DNA of 64,000 nucleotides from contig JAADVB010000087.1 in assembly GCA_023334545.1 (NCBI GenBank), forward strand, positions 2,103-66,102, written 5' to 3'. Below, piece after piece: positions 1-11,613 of the stretch. Within the stretch, counting starts at the first letter, position 1; every line of letters starts with the position of its first letter. Made by a program: the position numbers and the translations under genes. Source of the stretch: Salisapilia sapeloensis CBS 127946. Lineage: Eukaryota > Protista > Oomycota. Below the pieces are notes generated by a model. That model worked only from the letters and a program-made list of their open reading frames with translations. It had not been told where the DNA came from and searched no databases.

Positions 1-118
1 GTCCGTTTCCAGGTAGGTGTCACAGGCCTCCATACCGAGATGTTCATGATGACTTATGCTCGACCGAGAGACTCGATCCAGTATATCCTTGGTACTCGGG
101 TTCACGAAGCGTAGCATG
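1..118 (-). CDS. Possible partial coding region running off the left edge (unidentified)
   Basis: A minus-strand frame MLRFVNPSTKDILDRVSRSSISHHEHLGMEACDTYLETD is open to position 1. No recognisable motif; the true start is uncertain. Confidence 0.25.
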
Positions 119-327
119 GGTGCGAAACGTGAAAAAGGGAAGTGAATAGAGTACTGATTATGAGGGATGCCAAATGCATGGCAGCTGAACCCATGAGATG
201 GGACCGACTTTGTCAGCAGCTACTCTAGTGACAACGCATACAATTTCCAAGTTTCTCTGAGTAGAACTTCGAGTATAGGATGTTCTATATTTCGTAATGA
301 ACCCGGCAATCGACGACTTGGTACGTT

Positions 328-1919
328 TTACACGAGTGGTACTAATCGTGGCAACGGTTGTTTAGTCACAGGAGCATCATCCGAGCGTTCGAGTTTGGCG
401 TAGTCTTGCATAAGCTGTTGGACGTTGGAATAAGCCTCGACAATGTCTTGTTCACCCATGAACTCGGTATAGTGGTGCAAATGAGCTCTTCGATCATACA
501 ATCGTTTGAAACGAGCGCACAGGGTACGGAACGTCTCGCGGATACAACAGTTGTTAGACAAACTCAATACAGACGCTGGCTGGTTGATCGGCGGTACGGA
601 GCACAAGCCGATTTTGAACCCATCTGGGTTCCAGCGTATCATCCGCACCTTGGACTGTAGTCGCTGGATGTTGCTGTTAATATCCGAGATTTCAACGTCG
701 CCACGCACGAGCAGCCCGCACGCCAAGTACATGCTCGACTGCGGATCCGCCTTGATCAGCTGGTGGTCACTGCATAAACGTTTATTAGCGTGGCGTATAC
801 AATATACAACTTGAATCTACTTTTGCATGACGTTCGTGAACATTTGCTGCAGTCGCCGAGGCTGCTTTCGGTTGTCGCTATTGGACAGCAGCGGACTCAT
901 GCTCGACAGCAAGAATTTAAGTCGTGGAAAAGGGACGAGGTTGGTGGAAATTTCGTTCAGATCGACGTTCAAGGACCCTTCGAAGCGCATGCTACTGGTG
1001 AGATTGGTCAATAGCTTCGCGACGATGGTGTTCATATCTTTGAAGGCAGTTGCATTGTCGTCTTTTCGAGCTGACTTAGCGCAAAGGTCGATGAGCGCTT
1101 CGTTTTCCACTGGGAGTACACAATCGGCATGCTCCGTGAGCTGGTGAAGAGCTAGCATGCTGTTATACGGAGAAGTAATCACGTCGTCGTTTGCGGATGG
1201 AAAGATGGCAGTGGTGAATCGATATACGTCTGGATAGTGATCTTCCAACAAGCTGAGGATATATGTACCCAAACCTGATCCTGTGTAGAAAAGAAAGATC
1301 AGACGCCGATACGTCAACAGTCAATAAGAAAAGATACCTGTCCCACCTCCCATGGAATGCAGGAGGAAGAAAGATTGAAGCGAGTCGCATAGCTCAGTGG
1401 CGTGCCGAATCTTATTTAGTAGCTGGTCTCTGTACTGCGGACCGTAGACGCAGTACCCATGTGCCCTTCGTAAAAGCACCGAGATTTTAGAACCCTATTC
1501 TTATCAGAAATGTAGTAGACGTGTACCAATTGTTGCCTGCTCCAGATACATCCGTTAGGAATTGACGTTGCTCAAACAATTCACCTAATGGCCCGGCCAT
1601 CGTCTGTGCTACCGGACCCTCCTCCATGTCCACGAGGATGGCACGAGCTTTTAGGTTTGTGATCGGCGTCTTGCCATGATTGAAAGGCAGGTCCATCGGC
1701 TCGGTGAAACGAGCGTCAACGTTCCTGAAAAAGGTACTCATACTTTCATCAAAGAGTCCATTCGCGGCGTACTACGGCCACACATCGTTAGTGACGAAAG
1801 GTGAAGGGGAACGCATTCGATCTTACGCGAGCATGCTCTTCTAGTGCCGTTTCCCAAAACTGCCGTCCGATCTGGTTGCCGCATTGGCCAATTTGCAGCG
1901 TGATCAGCTCGCGTGGCAT
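328..1919 (-). CDS. TUBE1: Epsilon-tubulin (multi-exon)
   Basis: ATG at 1919: [18 protein letters not shown]. Spliced exons give [22 protein letters not shown], the tubulin signature [23 protein letters not shown] and [21 protein letters not shown]. The C-terminus [11 protein letters not shown]...RRAHLHHY is epsilon-type. GT-AG introns include 1772-1826. Confidence 0.93.
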
Positions 1920-2324
1920 CGGCGTTGCATTCACGGGAAAGCGGTGTCGAAAGAAAGTGGTTTTTCTATGTCCTGTGGATACGAAGGGATGCAACCGGAC
2001 CTGCACCTGCTGGCTACAATCGGAAACGCGATTCGTTGATCACATGCCCGACTCGTCGCGAAGAGATACAGCATTTGGTACCCTCCGTACGATCTATCGC
2101 TCCCAGCCTCTGCGGCATACAAACACCAAGTACAGTTCCGTCATCGAGATATTACACTTCATGTCAAGCTGATCTGATAATGCAGCAGATGATCCGACCG
2201 TGGGACGTTCAGGCGCCCACGTTTATCCTGCGTGGTTGCTCGTTCAAGAGAAGGACGTTGCTCTCTTCTCCCTCAACTACGCTCTTCATTTACGAATTTG
2301 ACACTCGTCCCGAAACAAACGGCG

Positions 2325-2948
2325 ATGGGTTCGAGCAATGCGATGCGACGGCCTCTTCCGATTGAGCCGCTCGTCGAGCGCGAGCCCAAGATGCCACGCC
2401 TAGACCCACGCCATGTGAGCGCCCCTCTCACTCCTCGGCGTCGACCGAGCAAACCTCGTCCCACGACAAAAGCCCGAAGGTTTATCTGCACCGAGCCGGA
2501 CTGCGGACGTGGGTTCACTCGCAAGTTTACACTCAGCGAGCACATGAAGACGCATACAGGTGAAAAACCGTACCAATGCCCGACGACAGGCTGTGGAAAG
2601 CGATTCAGCACTTCAGGCAACCTCGCTCGCCACAAAAAGTTACACAATGGCAGTAAAAAAGCCAAATCTGTCTCCTCGACGGAACCTCACAAGCCGGAAG
2701 GCAAGGAGCTAAACTTTAATTCCTTGCTGACTGCCCCGCTAGACAAAATCGACGAGTGCTTCTTCATGGAGGCCCACAGTCCTGATACACCGTATGATGT
2801 CAGTGACATGTCTGGCGAATGGCTGTCGGACATTAACCTTCAGGAAGATTGGCTGAGTCTCCCAGAGATGCAGCATGTCGGAGAAGACGTCGCTGCTAGC
2901 CTCTTCGACGACATTGTGCAATTCCAACTCATGCAGTTACCTTGTTAG
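2325..2948 (+). CDS. C2H2 zinc-finger transcription factor (two fingers)
   Basis: FICTEPDCGRGFTRKFTLSEHMKTH-TGEKPY-QCPTTGCGKRFSTSGNLARHKKLH with the canonical TGEKPY linker, plus an acidic/hydrophobic C-terminal tail. First in-frame ATG at 2325. Confidence 0.88.
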   Translation: MGSSNAMRRPLPIEPLVEREPKMPRLDPRHVSAPLTPRRRPSKPRPTTKARRFICTEPDCGRGFTRKFTLSEHMKTHTGEKPYQCPTTGCGKRFSTSGNLARHKKLHNGSKKAKSVSSTEPHKPEGKELNFNSLLTAPLDKIDECFFMEAHSPDTPYDVSDMSGEWLSDINLQEDWLSLPEMQHVGEDVAASLFDDIVQFQLMQLPC

Positions 2949-3030
2949 TACGAACGCAGCGTATGTGTAGTGCAGTTTCGTGTAAACAAACATGAAGTAT
3001 CGAGAAATCAAACGAGTTCCATTCTCCTTC

Positions 3031-5742
3031 CTACATGCTCAATTGGACAGTCGTACTGCATCCTCGCTTCAGTAGCTCACTCACCATGTCCTCCCTCTTC
3101 ACGCTCACCTCTTCCTTGGCTTCCAACTCTCGCACCTTGACCTCTCCGCTCTTCACTTCGTCCTCTCCGACTGTCACCATGAACGGAATACCAGCGTCCA
3201 GAGCATACGTCCGCTGCTTTCCTAGCGACGGTTTCTCCTGCTGGACAATCTCCGCCGCAATGTTGTTGCTCCACAGTAGACGACAGAGCTCTAGTCGCGC
3301 TGTCATCAAGGATCCACCGGTGGATGCGACGAGCACCTGAGCAGGTGGAGCGCGCTTCTCCTTCTCTGCGTGGGACTGGAGGATACCAAAGATACGCTCG
3401 ATGCCCATGCTAATACCGACGCACGGGATCTGCGCACCAGTGGCGGAGAACATGCCGACAAGGTTGTCGTAGCGACCACCGGCACCGATAGATCCTAGGT
3501 TGTGCTCTGGACTGAGAAGTACGAACTCGTAGATGAGACCAGTGTAGTAGTCTAGTCCTCTCGCCAAGCTCAAATCAAACGAAATGAACTCTAGTACACC
3601 CATCGCCTCCAGGTAGTCGAACAGTCTTCCGAGTTGGTCCATGGCTTCCTTGGCGTCCTTGTTGTCGCCAAAGATGTTCTCCTTGAGCATCTGCGCATGC
3701 AGCTCCTTCGGACTACCGACTTTGCAGACAAAGGGTTCAATCCGGTCGGCAACTTCCGGAGGGAGGTTCTTGTCCTCCACCATTTCCCGGCGGACTTCGC
3801 TCCAAGGCTCCTTGTCAAGCTTGTCGATGGCACTGCATGTCGTACGAAGCTTGTCTTGCGGAACTCCACAGATAGCCAAGATCGCATCCAACAAGAGACG
3901 GTGGCTCAACTTGAGTTTAAAAGGTCCGACTTCCGGGAACTGCTGTAGGACTTCCACTCCAACGCTAATGGCCTCAGCGTCTGGAAGCATGCTGGCGTAG
4001 TTGCCGGCAATGTCAAAGTCGCACTGGTAGAACTCACGGAAACGACCTCGGGCCATCTGCGGATTGTCACGACGGTAGACGCGAGCCAAGTGGTAACGCT
4101 TGATGTTGCCTGGGTTGTGCATCGCCATGAATCGCGCGAACGGGACGGTCAGGTCATACCGGAGCGCCAGGAGTTCACCTCCTTGGTCCGCCAAGTCGTA
4201 GATGAGCTTACTGTCTTCGCCGTACTTGCCAGTGAGTGTCTCTTTGAGCTCAAACACAGGCGTTTCGATCTCGACACCTGCGTGACGCTTAAACACCGAC
4301 CGGATCTTGTTGAAGATCTTCTCTCGGAGCGCCATTTGATGCGGTAAAAAGTCCTGGGCGCCCTTGGCGATCTTGGGCTTGCGCCGCTGGCCACCGCTTC
4401 CGAGCTTGACGAACATGTCGTCGAGGAAGGCTGGGAGGCCATCACTGCGAAGGTCGAAGGCGTTCAAAGAAGACGACTGAGATTGCATGTGCGATCGGAA
4501 GGCGGTGGAGCCAGCGCCAAGACCGAGAGAAGCCTTGGAAGAAGGCTTGGCGTTCTGCTTCTCCATCTTCTTCCGTCGCTTTTCCATAACTTTCTCACGC
4601 TGAGCTTCCGACATGGAAGCGAGCTTTTCGTCCTCTTTCTTGGCGGCAGCTGCAGCTTTCGCAGCTGCTTCCTCCGCACGCTTCTCCTTCTCAGCGAGCT
4701 TTGCTTTCATCGCGGCTTCCTCCTCTTGGAAAGAAGCATTGGCAGTAGCGATTTCTTTCTCGAAAGAAGAACAGACGATCGAGACAAGTTCATGGGCGCT
4801 AGTAGACTCGTTCGTGGCAACTCCTTCCGTGTTGAGAGCTTGAAGACGTTCGCTGCTGGCCTTGAAAAGGACCTGAAGCGCTTCCAACGTGGTTGATAAA
4901 GCCATGTCGATCGGTTGAGTGCTCATGCATGCAGCGTCCGGTCGAGAAAGCAGCGTTTTCATTGGAATACCAGAGTTCATCTCGGTCTCGACCATGGAAA
5001 AGGCCGTGATGATGGCTTCACGAGCAGGGCCGTGCAGCTGCGGCACTGTCGCAGTGATATCGAACGTGTCGGTGGTAGCTTGTGGCGTGCAGAACTTGGA
5101 GCTTTCGACCATGAGTCGCAGGTTGGCTGCTGACGCTTGGATGCCGCGGTGAGGACGGCTGGCGTCGATGAACTCGGCGTCAATGGCAGTCGAGTTGGCA
5201 CGCAATGCTTCCAATGTCAAGCCAGAGACGGCGTCTGCAATGGGGAGGAGGCCCTTGGCACCTCCAACAGCGACAGAGGCAGCAGCGAGTCGTCCTAGAG
5301 CTACTTCATGGGTCAATGCGATCTGCTCGTTCTTCGACAGATGCGTCGATGGAAGTGTAACACTCGTCTTCTCATAGCTTCCAAAGGCGAGTGCTACGAG
5401 AGCTTTGCATTCGGCATAGGCGTCCTTCGAATCGGCAGATAAGGCAGGCACAGCGTCTTGGTTCAGAACGTCTGCTAAGAAATTGGCAAAAGCACTCGTC
5501 GATGCTGTAATGGGCAATCGAAGCGCCCGGTGCAATTGCAGGAGAACAATCGCTCGGGCAATGACTGTAGAGTGAGGCGTAGTCGCTATAGGAGCTTCCA
5601 CCACGAGCTCAGCACTGTTGTCAGAAGCGGATGTCGCTTGGATCGAGCTGTCAATGACGACGTGGGCGTTGCTAGCAGCGACTGCAAGCAAGTCGCTGAT
5701 AGATAGCTTCCCCGTAGACACTGTAATACGTGCAGATGCCAT
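3031..5742 (-). CDS. HARS: Histidyl-tRNA synthetase with an N-terminal histidine-ammonia-lyase-like domain
   Basis: Class II HisRS motifs LRYDLTVPFAR, RGRFREFYQCDFDIAG, ARGLDYYTG, GSIGAGGRYDNL and a C-terminal anticodon-binding domain. The N-terminal ~340 aa show HAL/PAL-like segments (RPHRGIQASAANLR, VPQLHGPAREA, EMNS). ATG at 5742, single exon. Confidence 0.95.
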   Translation of the reverse strand: MASARITVSTGKLSISDLLAVAASNAHVVIDSSIQATSASDNSAELVVEAPIATTPHSTVIARAIVLLQLHRALRLPITASTSAFANFLADVLNQDAVPALSADSKDAYAECKALVALAFGSYEKTSVTLPSTHLSKNEQIALTHEVALGRLAAASVAVGGAKGLLPIADAVSGLTLEALRANSTAIDAEFIDASRPHRGIQASAANLRLMVESSKFCTPQATTDTFDITATVPQLHGPAREAIITAFSMVETEMNSGIPMKTLLSRPDAACMSTQPIDMALSTTLEALQVLFKASSERLQALNTEGVATNESTSAHELVSIVCSSFEKEIATANASFQEEEAAMKAKLAEKEKRAEEAAAKAAAAAKKEDEKLASMSEAQREKVMEKRRKKMEKQNAKPSSKASLGLGAGSTAFRSHMQSQSSSLNAFDLRSDGLPAFLDDMFVKLGSGGQRRKPKIAKGAQDFLPHQMALREKIFNKIRSVFKRHAGVEIETPVFELKETLTGKYGEDSKLIYDLADQGGELLALRYDLTVPFARFMAMHNPGNIKRYHLARVYRRDNPQMARGRFREFYQCDFDIAGNYASMLPDAEAISVGVEVLQQFPEVGPFKLKLSHRLLLDAILAICGVPQDKLRTTCSAIDKLDKEPWSEVRREMVEDKNLPPEVADRIEPFVCKVGSPKELHAQMLKENIFGDNKDAKEAMDQLGRLFDYLEAMGVLEFISFDLSLARGLDYYTGLIYEFVLLSPEHNLGSIGAGGRYDNLVGMFSATGAQIPCVGISMGIERIFGILQSHAEKEKRAPPAQVLVASTGGSLMTARLELCRLLWSNNIAAEIVQQEKPSLGKQRTYALDAGIPFMVTVGEDEVKSGEVKVRELEAKEEVSVKREDMVSELLKRGCSTTVQLSM

Positions 5743-5993
5743 TGTTAAAGTAGGGAGAGATAACAAGTGAGTATGAACGGTGATCTAGGTTGATCAGCGA
5801 GAGAGAGATCTCCTGGTTCTGGAGCGACCGAGCTGTGAGTGGTGTTTTGATGGTACACAGTTTGAAAGTATAGTAAGCTCAAGGTTAATCTACGCTTACT
5901 TTGTGGATAACGTCATGCCAAATAGAATAGTGTGCCTCTGATGTGCCCTACAACAAATGGTGACATGAAATCACAAAAGGAAAATCGAGGACG

Positions 5994-7606
5994 ATGGCGA
6001 AAGAATTTCAGCTAAAAGTGCTCTATGTGATCTCGTTCTTGGATCTCATGGGCGTGTCGATGATCGTACCATCTTTGGCAACGTATGTCAAATCTTTGGA
6101 TGACGGTAGGAGATGCTCTTTTCGTTATATGTGAGCATCAGACCTTTTATATGATCTTTTATACGTTACAGATCCATTTATCTTCGGCGTTATCATGTCC
6201 ATGTATGGGTTCATTCAGTTCTTTTCTGCTCCAATTGCAGGAGCCTTGAGCGATGCTTTTGGACGGTATGTGCTGCATTAAGGTGTGTCTCGAATGATGC
6301 TCATGCATATCCTTGGATAGAAAACGAGTGCTCATCGGCTGTTTTTTGGGCGCATCCGTGGGATATGTGCTTTTAGCAGTGTCCTGGAATGTCTATATCG
6401 TCGTTCTATCTCGAGTGCCGGCGGCATTATTTAAGCACACTTTAGACATAATTAAGGTCGCCATCACAGACGCAGAAGAACCGTCAAAACGGTTCGTGCT
6501 ATACAGTTCTTCTTTTTTCAAGAAATAAATTTTAATGTTTTTCGCAGCTCTGGGGCAATTGGTCGGCTCAATGCTGCAGCCAATACAGGATTTATCATCG
6601 GCCCAGTCATTGGTGGGTACATCAGTGCCTATCCGAATGGCTTCAACTACACTGCGCTCGTCACGACTGCAATCTTCTTGTTCAATTCGTTCGTTGTGTC
6701 TGTCTTTTATGAAGATATTCCGTCATCACTTTCCTCCGCGCAAAAGCAAGATAAAACCACTGACCTCGTTCATGCTGTCAACTGGGGTCGTGTCCGGCGT
6801 GAATCAATCGAACGAGTTCTGGCGCTAAGACATGTCTTCAAAGAGTCGAAAGCGACACAGACGTTGCTGTTGGCAAAGGTGTTGATGTCAATGGGAGCCA
6901 TCTTGTACAGGACTCATTTTTCCGTTCTCTTGGAAGACAAATTTAAAGCAGACGCACAGATGAGAGGATGGGTATTAAGCTACATGGGTATGCTCGGCGC
7001 TATCGGCAGCTTTTCAGTCGGATTCGTTACAACGAATCCTAGAGCAGAATATAGAATGTTGCAGATAGGCAGTATTGTATATGTCGGTACCTTTATGGCG
7101 CTTTCCCACGCAACATCCCTATACGATATCTACGTGCTCCTCGTTCCACAAGTGCTTTCCATCAGGTCATCTATGGTTGTACCATTATAATGTACGGATC
7201 TATACTAAATGTGCTCTTTGTATAGCTTGATTCGAGCCTGCTCGACGGCATTGCAATCCTCCTTTGTGTCACAAGACCGAATGGGTGCGTTCATGGGACT
7301 CGCTTCTTCATTGACGGTAAAAAAATTTTTGAAAGTATTGAACTAAGCTCGTTAAACGCATATCGTGAATAGTCTGTTGCTAGAACCATATCTCCGAGTA
7401 AGTTTATTCATAGCACGTAGCTTTTGACTGAAATAGCTCATTACCATTCCTATGTAGTTATGTCTGGCTGGACGTATTTGCTATCAGTGGATGGACCTGC
7501 GTATGGGGCAGCGTTCTTGGCGAGCATTAGTGCATGCTTGTACATCTTTTCACCTCACTTTGCAAGTATCGGGCAAGCTCCGAAGCTGACAAAAGCGATG
7601 AAGTGA
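5994..7606 (+). CDS. MFS transporter (TetA/MFSD9-like), multi-exon
   Basis: Spliced translation: VISFLDLMGVSMIVPSLA...QFFSAPIAGALSDAFGRKRVL (MFS motif A), AIGRLNAAANTGFIIGPVIGG, multiple TM helices and several short GT-AG introns. The 3' exon boundaries are approximate. Confidence 0.85.
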
Positions 7607-8087
7607 AGTCAAATACTAGACAAGTCATTAATTTGCAATCGACATGTTTGATAGAGCACTCTACAAAGCATTCTAAATTCTATTTTACTGGAAGCGCATA
7701 TATTATTAGAGATCAAAAGCAGGTTGCTTTCCGTCGTTAGATATGAAGGCAAAGTTGGTCGCTGTCGATCGTCCAGTTTAGATTTCGGTAGGCGATCGCT
7801 CTTTAGAATCTGAACCGTTCAATCAGACTTTCCTTTGCATGTAATGAAAGTCGGGTAGCGAAACTTCCGATGACTGCATCCACGACTTGAAGCACAGGAG
7901 TAGGCAAACGTCGCCTTATTTTACCCACGTTTATCTGATTAGCGATTGAATCCTTCCTTTGAAGACCCGTCTACACTCATCAGACTTTTCCAGCTCATTC
8001 ATACCACGTATTACGATGTGGCAGCAATGGATCATTTAAATAGTACTGTCTTCACGCACAAAACAAACGTTATGAAAGAAACCATCT

Positions 8088-8756
8088 CTATTCATCACTG
8101 TCGCTATCCGTTTTGATATCTTTCAGGTTCTGATTCTTCCACTTGGTCTCTTCTCTGCCTTCTGACATCGCCGCGAATCGTGCTGCGACGAAAAGAAAGT
8201 CGCTCAGACGATTAACGTACCGCTGGACACTCTCATCTACGTGACCTTCGGACACGAGCGGTACAACTGATCGCTCAGCTCGTCGGCAAACAGCTCTCGC
8301 TACATGCAAATGCGTAGACGCTAATCCGCCTCCAGAAGGCAAAATGAAACTCGTGATAGGCTCTAATTTCTCGTCCATCTCATCAATCCAGGCTTCCAAC
8401 TGGTCTACATTGCGCCCATCGAACTGTCCAGAGCGCTTCTGTTTGCTTTTAGAAGCCGAAGATAGAGGAGTTGCGACGCATGCACCCAGGTCAAATAATC
8501 GAGATTGGATGTTTTCTAGTTTATCCGGTAGGTAGGCATTATTGGCAATACGAGCTTGCTCGATCGCGACACCAATCTGAGCATTTAGTTCGTCTGTGTC
8601 GCCTAGTGCTTGAAACGTCTGATCATCCTTTGGACGGCGCTCTCCCGAGAACAATTGGGACGTCCCTTTGTCGCCAGTCTTGGTATAGACTTTCATCGTG
8701 GCGAACCCTTCGAAACGTACAAGCGGGCAGAGACTCACAGCGCGTCTGGCAAACAT
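8088..8756 (-). CDS. MMAB: Cob(I)alamin adenosyltransferase (PduO/MMAB type), probably mitochondrial
   Basis: MKVYTKTGDKGTSQLFSGERRPKD, GDTDELNAQIG, IQSRLFDLG, FILPSGG, HVARAVCRRAERS, YVNRLSDFLFVAAR. Arg-rich presequence-like N-terminus from ATG 8756. Confidence 0.95.
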   Translation of the reverse strand: MFARRAVSLCPLVRFEGFATMKVYTKTGDKGTSQLFSGERRPKDDQTFQALGDTDELNAQIGVAIEQARIANNAYLPDKLENIQSRLFDLGACVATPLSSASKSKQKRSGQFDGRNVDQLEAWIDEMDEKLEPITSFILPSGGGLASTHLHVARAVCRRAERSVVPLVSEGHVDESVQRYVNRLSDFLFVAARFAAMSEGREETKWKNQNLKDIKTDSDSDE

Positions 8757-8971
8757 GCACAAGCCTTTTGGTCCTATCGGGTACACATGCGGTGCAACCG
8801 TTCGATTATATATTTATCCAATTAAGGATGCTTATCAGTTGAATCTAGCCAATAAAAAGATGAATTATCAATATTAATAGCCAATCACAACCTGCATGCA
8901 AATAAAAATACAAAAACACGAAAAATCATAAGCGGCAGATTCATTCGGATATTTTAAGCGGTAGGTGGAAG

Positions 8972-10654
8972 ATGGCGAGTTTCCAGTCGCCGAGTAAAGG
9001 AGAGGAAGACCTTCTCTTGCCTTTGAACACCATCAGCAAGGGAAACTACACTCACCCGGTCAATCTCGATGATCATAGTGGTACCAGCATCCGCAGCCAG
9101 AGCAGTGACGTGACGACCTATAACACGATGCTACAGCTCTCGTCTTCGCATAATCCATTGCGCTACAATATCGTGCGCAAATGTACGATTTTCCTAGCAG
9201 GTTCCTGTGTTCTGTTCCTAACGAACCAGCTCATGACATTACCTGTCGGCTTCTTTCCTTCCTACGCCCGAGATCGTCTCGGTTTCTCATCTACACAGCT
9301 AAGTCTCTTCTTTGCCTTGTATCCCGTCTGTATCATGGCTAGTAGTCCACTAGCAGCTCTTTGGACACCGGCGATTGGACGTCAAACAGTGCTGTGTCTA
9401 GGCCTCATCACAAGTGGCACTGCGACAGTCGCCTTCGCTTACAGCTCCTCGACGTTTCTTGTCTTCTGTCTTCGGATGCTTCAGGGCATTGGGGCTGGAG
9501 CAGCAGTTGTCGGGTCCGTGTCGATGCTCACAGAGGAGTTTCCGGACAGTGTAGGACATGCCATGGTACTACAAGAAGTAGTCGCAGCAGTAGCATTTAT
9601 CAGTGCTCCGCCCATGGGTAGCTTTCTCTATGACTACCAAGGCTTCCAGCTACCTTTTCTGGCATCAGGTGTGGCTCAGCTACTGACCGTTATGGTCATG
9701 CCACTTTTATTTGTGGAATATGCTCTTCCGGACGGAATGTACGATCAAGTCCCGATCTCTCCGTCCTGTTTACCCATGCTGCTCAACTCCCGCTTGAACG
9801 ATGCGTACGGCGACCACAGCGATGTGTCTACAACTGATATGTCGTTTCGAACAGTATTGACGCCAACGTGTGTGTTTTGTCTTCTCCTCACCTCTTTTGC
9901 CATGACAGCATTTGGTTTCATCGATCCATACCTTGGTGGTCACCTCAAGTCCGTGCTTGGAGTGGAGCATGTCACAGTCGGACTAGGCTTTGCTCTCTCT
10001 GCTCTTGTCTACTCTCTCGGGACGCTGATATACGCATGGGTAGCGTATTGCGTCGGACGGAAGCAAGTGATCGTCTTTGGCGTGTGCCAACTCGCTATTG
10101 GATTCTTCCTCCTCGGTCCTCCTCCATTCCTACGAAGCTTCTTTATACCAGGTGCTGATGACGAGACGCACAAGTTCCGGCTGCTTTGGGTCTCTCAGAT
10201 GACAGCATTGATATGCATTGGCTGTGGCGCAGCACTTAGCACTGCTCCAGCGCTTTCTGTGGCACTGCGAGACGTGAACAGCAGTCAGCCATCTGCGGCT
10301 AATAGCCCCAAGCTGACGCTTGTAGTCGGTCTCTTCTCTGCCGCCATCTACCTCGGTCAAGCTGTTGGTCCGATGCTTGCCTTGCTCTTCCAGTCGATCC
10401 TTCCGGCGACTACATCTCCAAGCTGTGATCCACTCGGTATGGCGGTCTGTGAGAAAGATTCCTTGCCTTGGTCCTTTACAGCCTACGCCTGCCTTGCAAT
10501 GGCATTGGCTGCATTGGTTGGCTGGAAACTTCCGGTGAATGACAATGTGGTGCACGACAAGGTTGTGAAACCTCCCGTTCGGAGGCGAATGAGCTTTAAC
10601 AGACAGCCGTCGATAGAGTACGGTCAATATGTGTTTCTTGATGATAGTGATTAA
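8972..10654 (+). CDS. MFS transporter (SLC18B1/vesicular amine transporter-like)
   Basis: 560-aa single ORF with about 12 hydrophobic helices: FFPSYARDRLG, AIGRQTVLCLG, RMLQGIGAG, FISAPPMGSFLYDYQGFQLPF, GFIDPYLGGHL. Confidence 0.85.
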   Translation: MASFQSPSKGEEDLLLPLNTISKGNYTHPVNLDDHSGTSIRSQSSDVTTYNTMLQLSSSHNPLRYNIVRKCTIFLAGSCVLFLTNQLMTLPVGFFPSYARDRLGFSSTQLSLFFALYPVCIMASSPLAALWTPAIGRQTVLCLGLITSGTATVAFAYSSSTFLVFCLRMLQGIGAGAAVVGSVSMLTEEFPDSVGHAMVLQEVVAAVAFISAPPMGSFLYDYQGFQLPFLASGVAQLLTVMVMPLLFVEYALPDGMYDQVPISPSCLPMLLNSRLNDAYGDHSDVSTTDMSFRTVLTPTCVFCLLLTSFAMTAFGFIDPYLGGHLKSVLGVEHVTVGLGFALSALVYSLGTLIYAWVAYCVGRKQVIVFGVCQLAIGFFLLGPPPFLRSFFIPGADDETHKFRLLWVSQMTALICIGCGAALSTAPALSVALRDVNSSQPSAANSPKLTLVVGLFSAAIYLGQAVGPMLALLFQSILPATTSPSCDPLGMAVCEKDSLPWSFTAYACLAMALAALVGWKLPVNDNVVHDKVVKPPVRRRMSFNRQPSIEYGQYVFLDDSD

Positions 10655-10725
10655 AGATGAGAATACGATATGCAAATGGTCAAGTGTCGAGACGTGTTTA
10701 TCGGAATCGAGGTGAGAATATGTGT

Positions 10726-11505
10726 TTATGGCTGTTCATAGTACATTTGCATTTGTAGAGGCAGTTGAGGGCCACTAGCTGACGAAATCGGCTGAATGGT
10801 TTTTCTTGCTGACTGCTTCTCCTCTTGAAGAGAGTTGGCGAGTACCCATGAGTTCGCGACGCTCTCTGAATTCACAACGGTACCGTTTGGATCCTGTCCG
10901 CCTTCTGTGGTATGTGAGAATAGCCTAAATGAATGTGGTGCATTGGTCTGCTCTGCTCTTGGCGGATAGGCAATGAGCTTTACGAGCATAGACCGAAAGG
11001 CTTCTTCGATGGCGAGAACTGGAAGTTCAAAAGGCTCGTCATTTTGTCCATTTTGCTGAGCAAGTAAAACGACTGTCCATTTCAATTGGATAACGAGCGA
11101 GGTCATGTCTTCGCCCTTGTCAGAGAATAGCACGATGCGGATTTTGTCGAGCGCATTCTCTTGAATCCATGCTTTGCACCCTTGGAGCATATCGTGAATG
11201 TACGAACAGAGCTGTGGATGCCGGCTCATGTGAACAGGGACATCATAGATGGTGCGAGACTCAAATGACTCTAAGTGATGCAATGATACATGAACAAACA
11301 ACTGCGTAGCTGAATTAAAGGTGGAGCATACCTCTTGGGTAGACATTGGAACAGTATCTAGTGTCAATATACGATTTTACTACATTTAGATTGTGGATTG
11401 TAAATGGAAAGATGCTGAGTTCACATACAGATACTCGTGGACAATTGCCTCCAAAAACTCAAGCATAAGACCACTAGCCACAGCTACATGCGTATTCTCA
11501 TCCAT
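10726..11505 (-). CDS. REV7: REV7/MAD2L2 HORMA-domain protein
   Basis: Two short introns join MDENTHVAVASGLMLEFLEAIVHEYL-YCSNVYPR-ESFESRTIYDVPVHMSRHPQLCSYIHDML. This matches the REV7 pattern EFLE..VH..LY.R.VYP...F.....Y.VPV..S.HP.L..YI. Confidence 0.88.
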
Positions 11506-11613
11506 CTTCGTTTAGTGTCGGTATTTATGTCCATGTTAGTGACGAGGCGTCAGTAAACGGAGGGTGGCATGACATAGACTTTGGACAAGGAATCAGGACA
11601 TGGAGTGGCGGGA

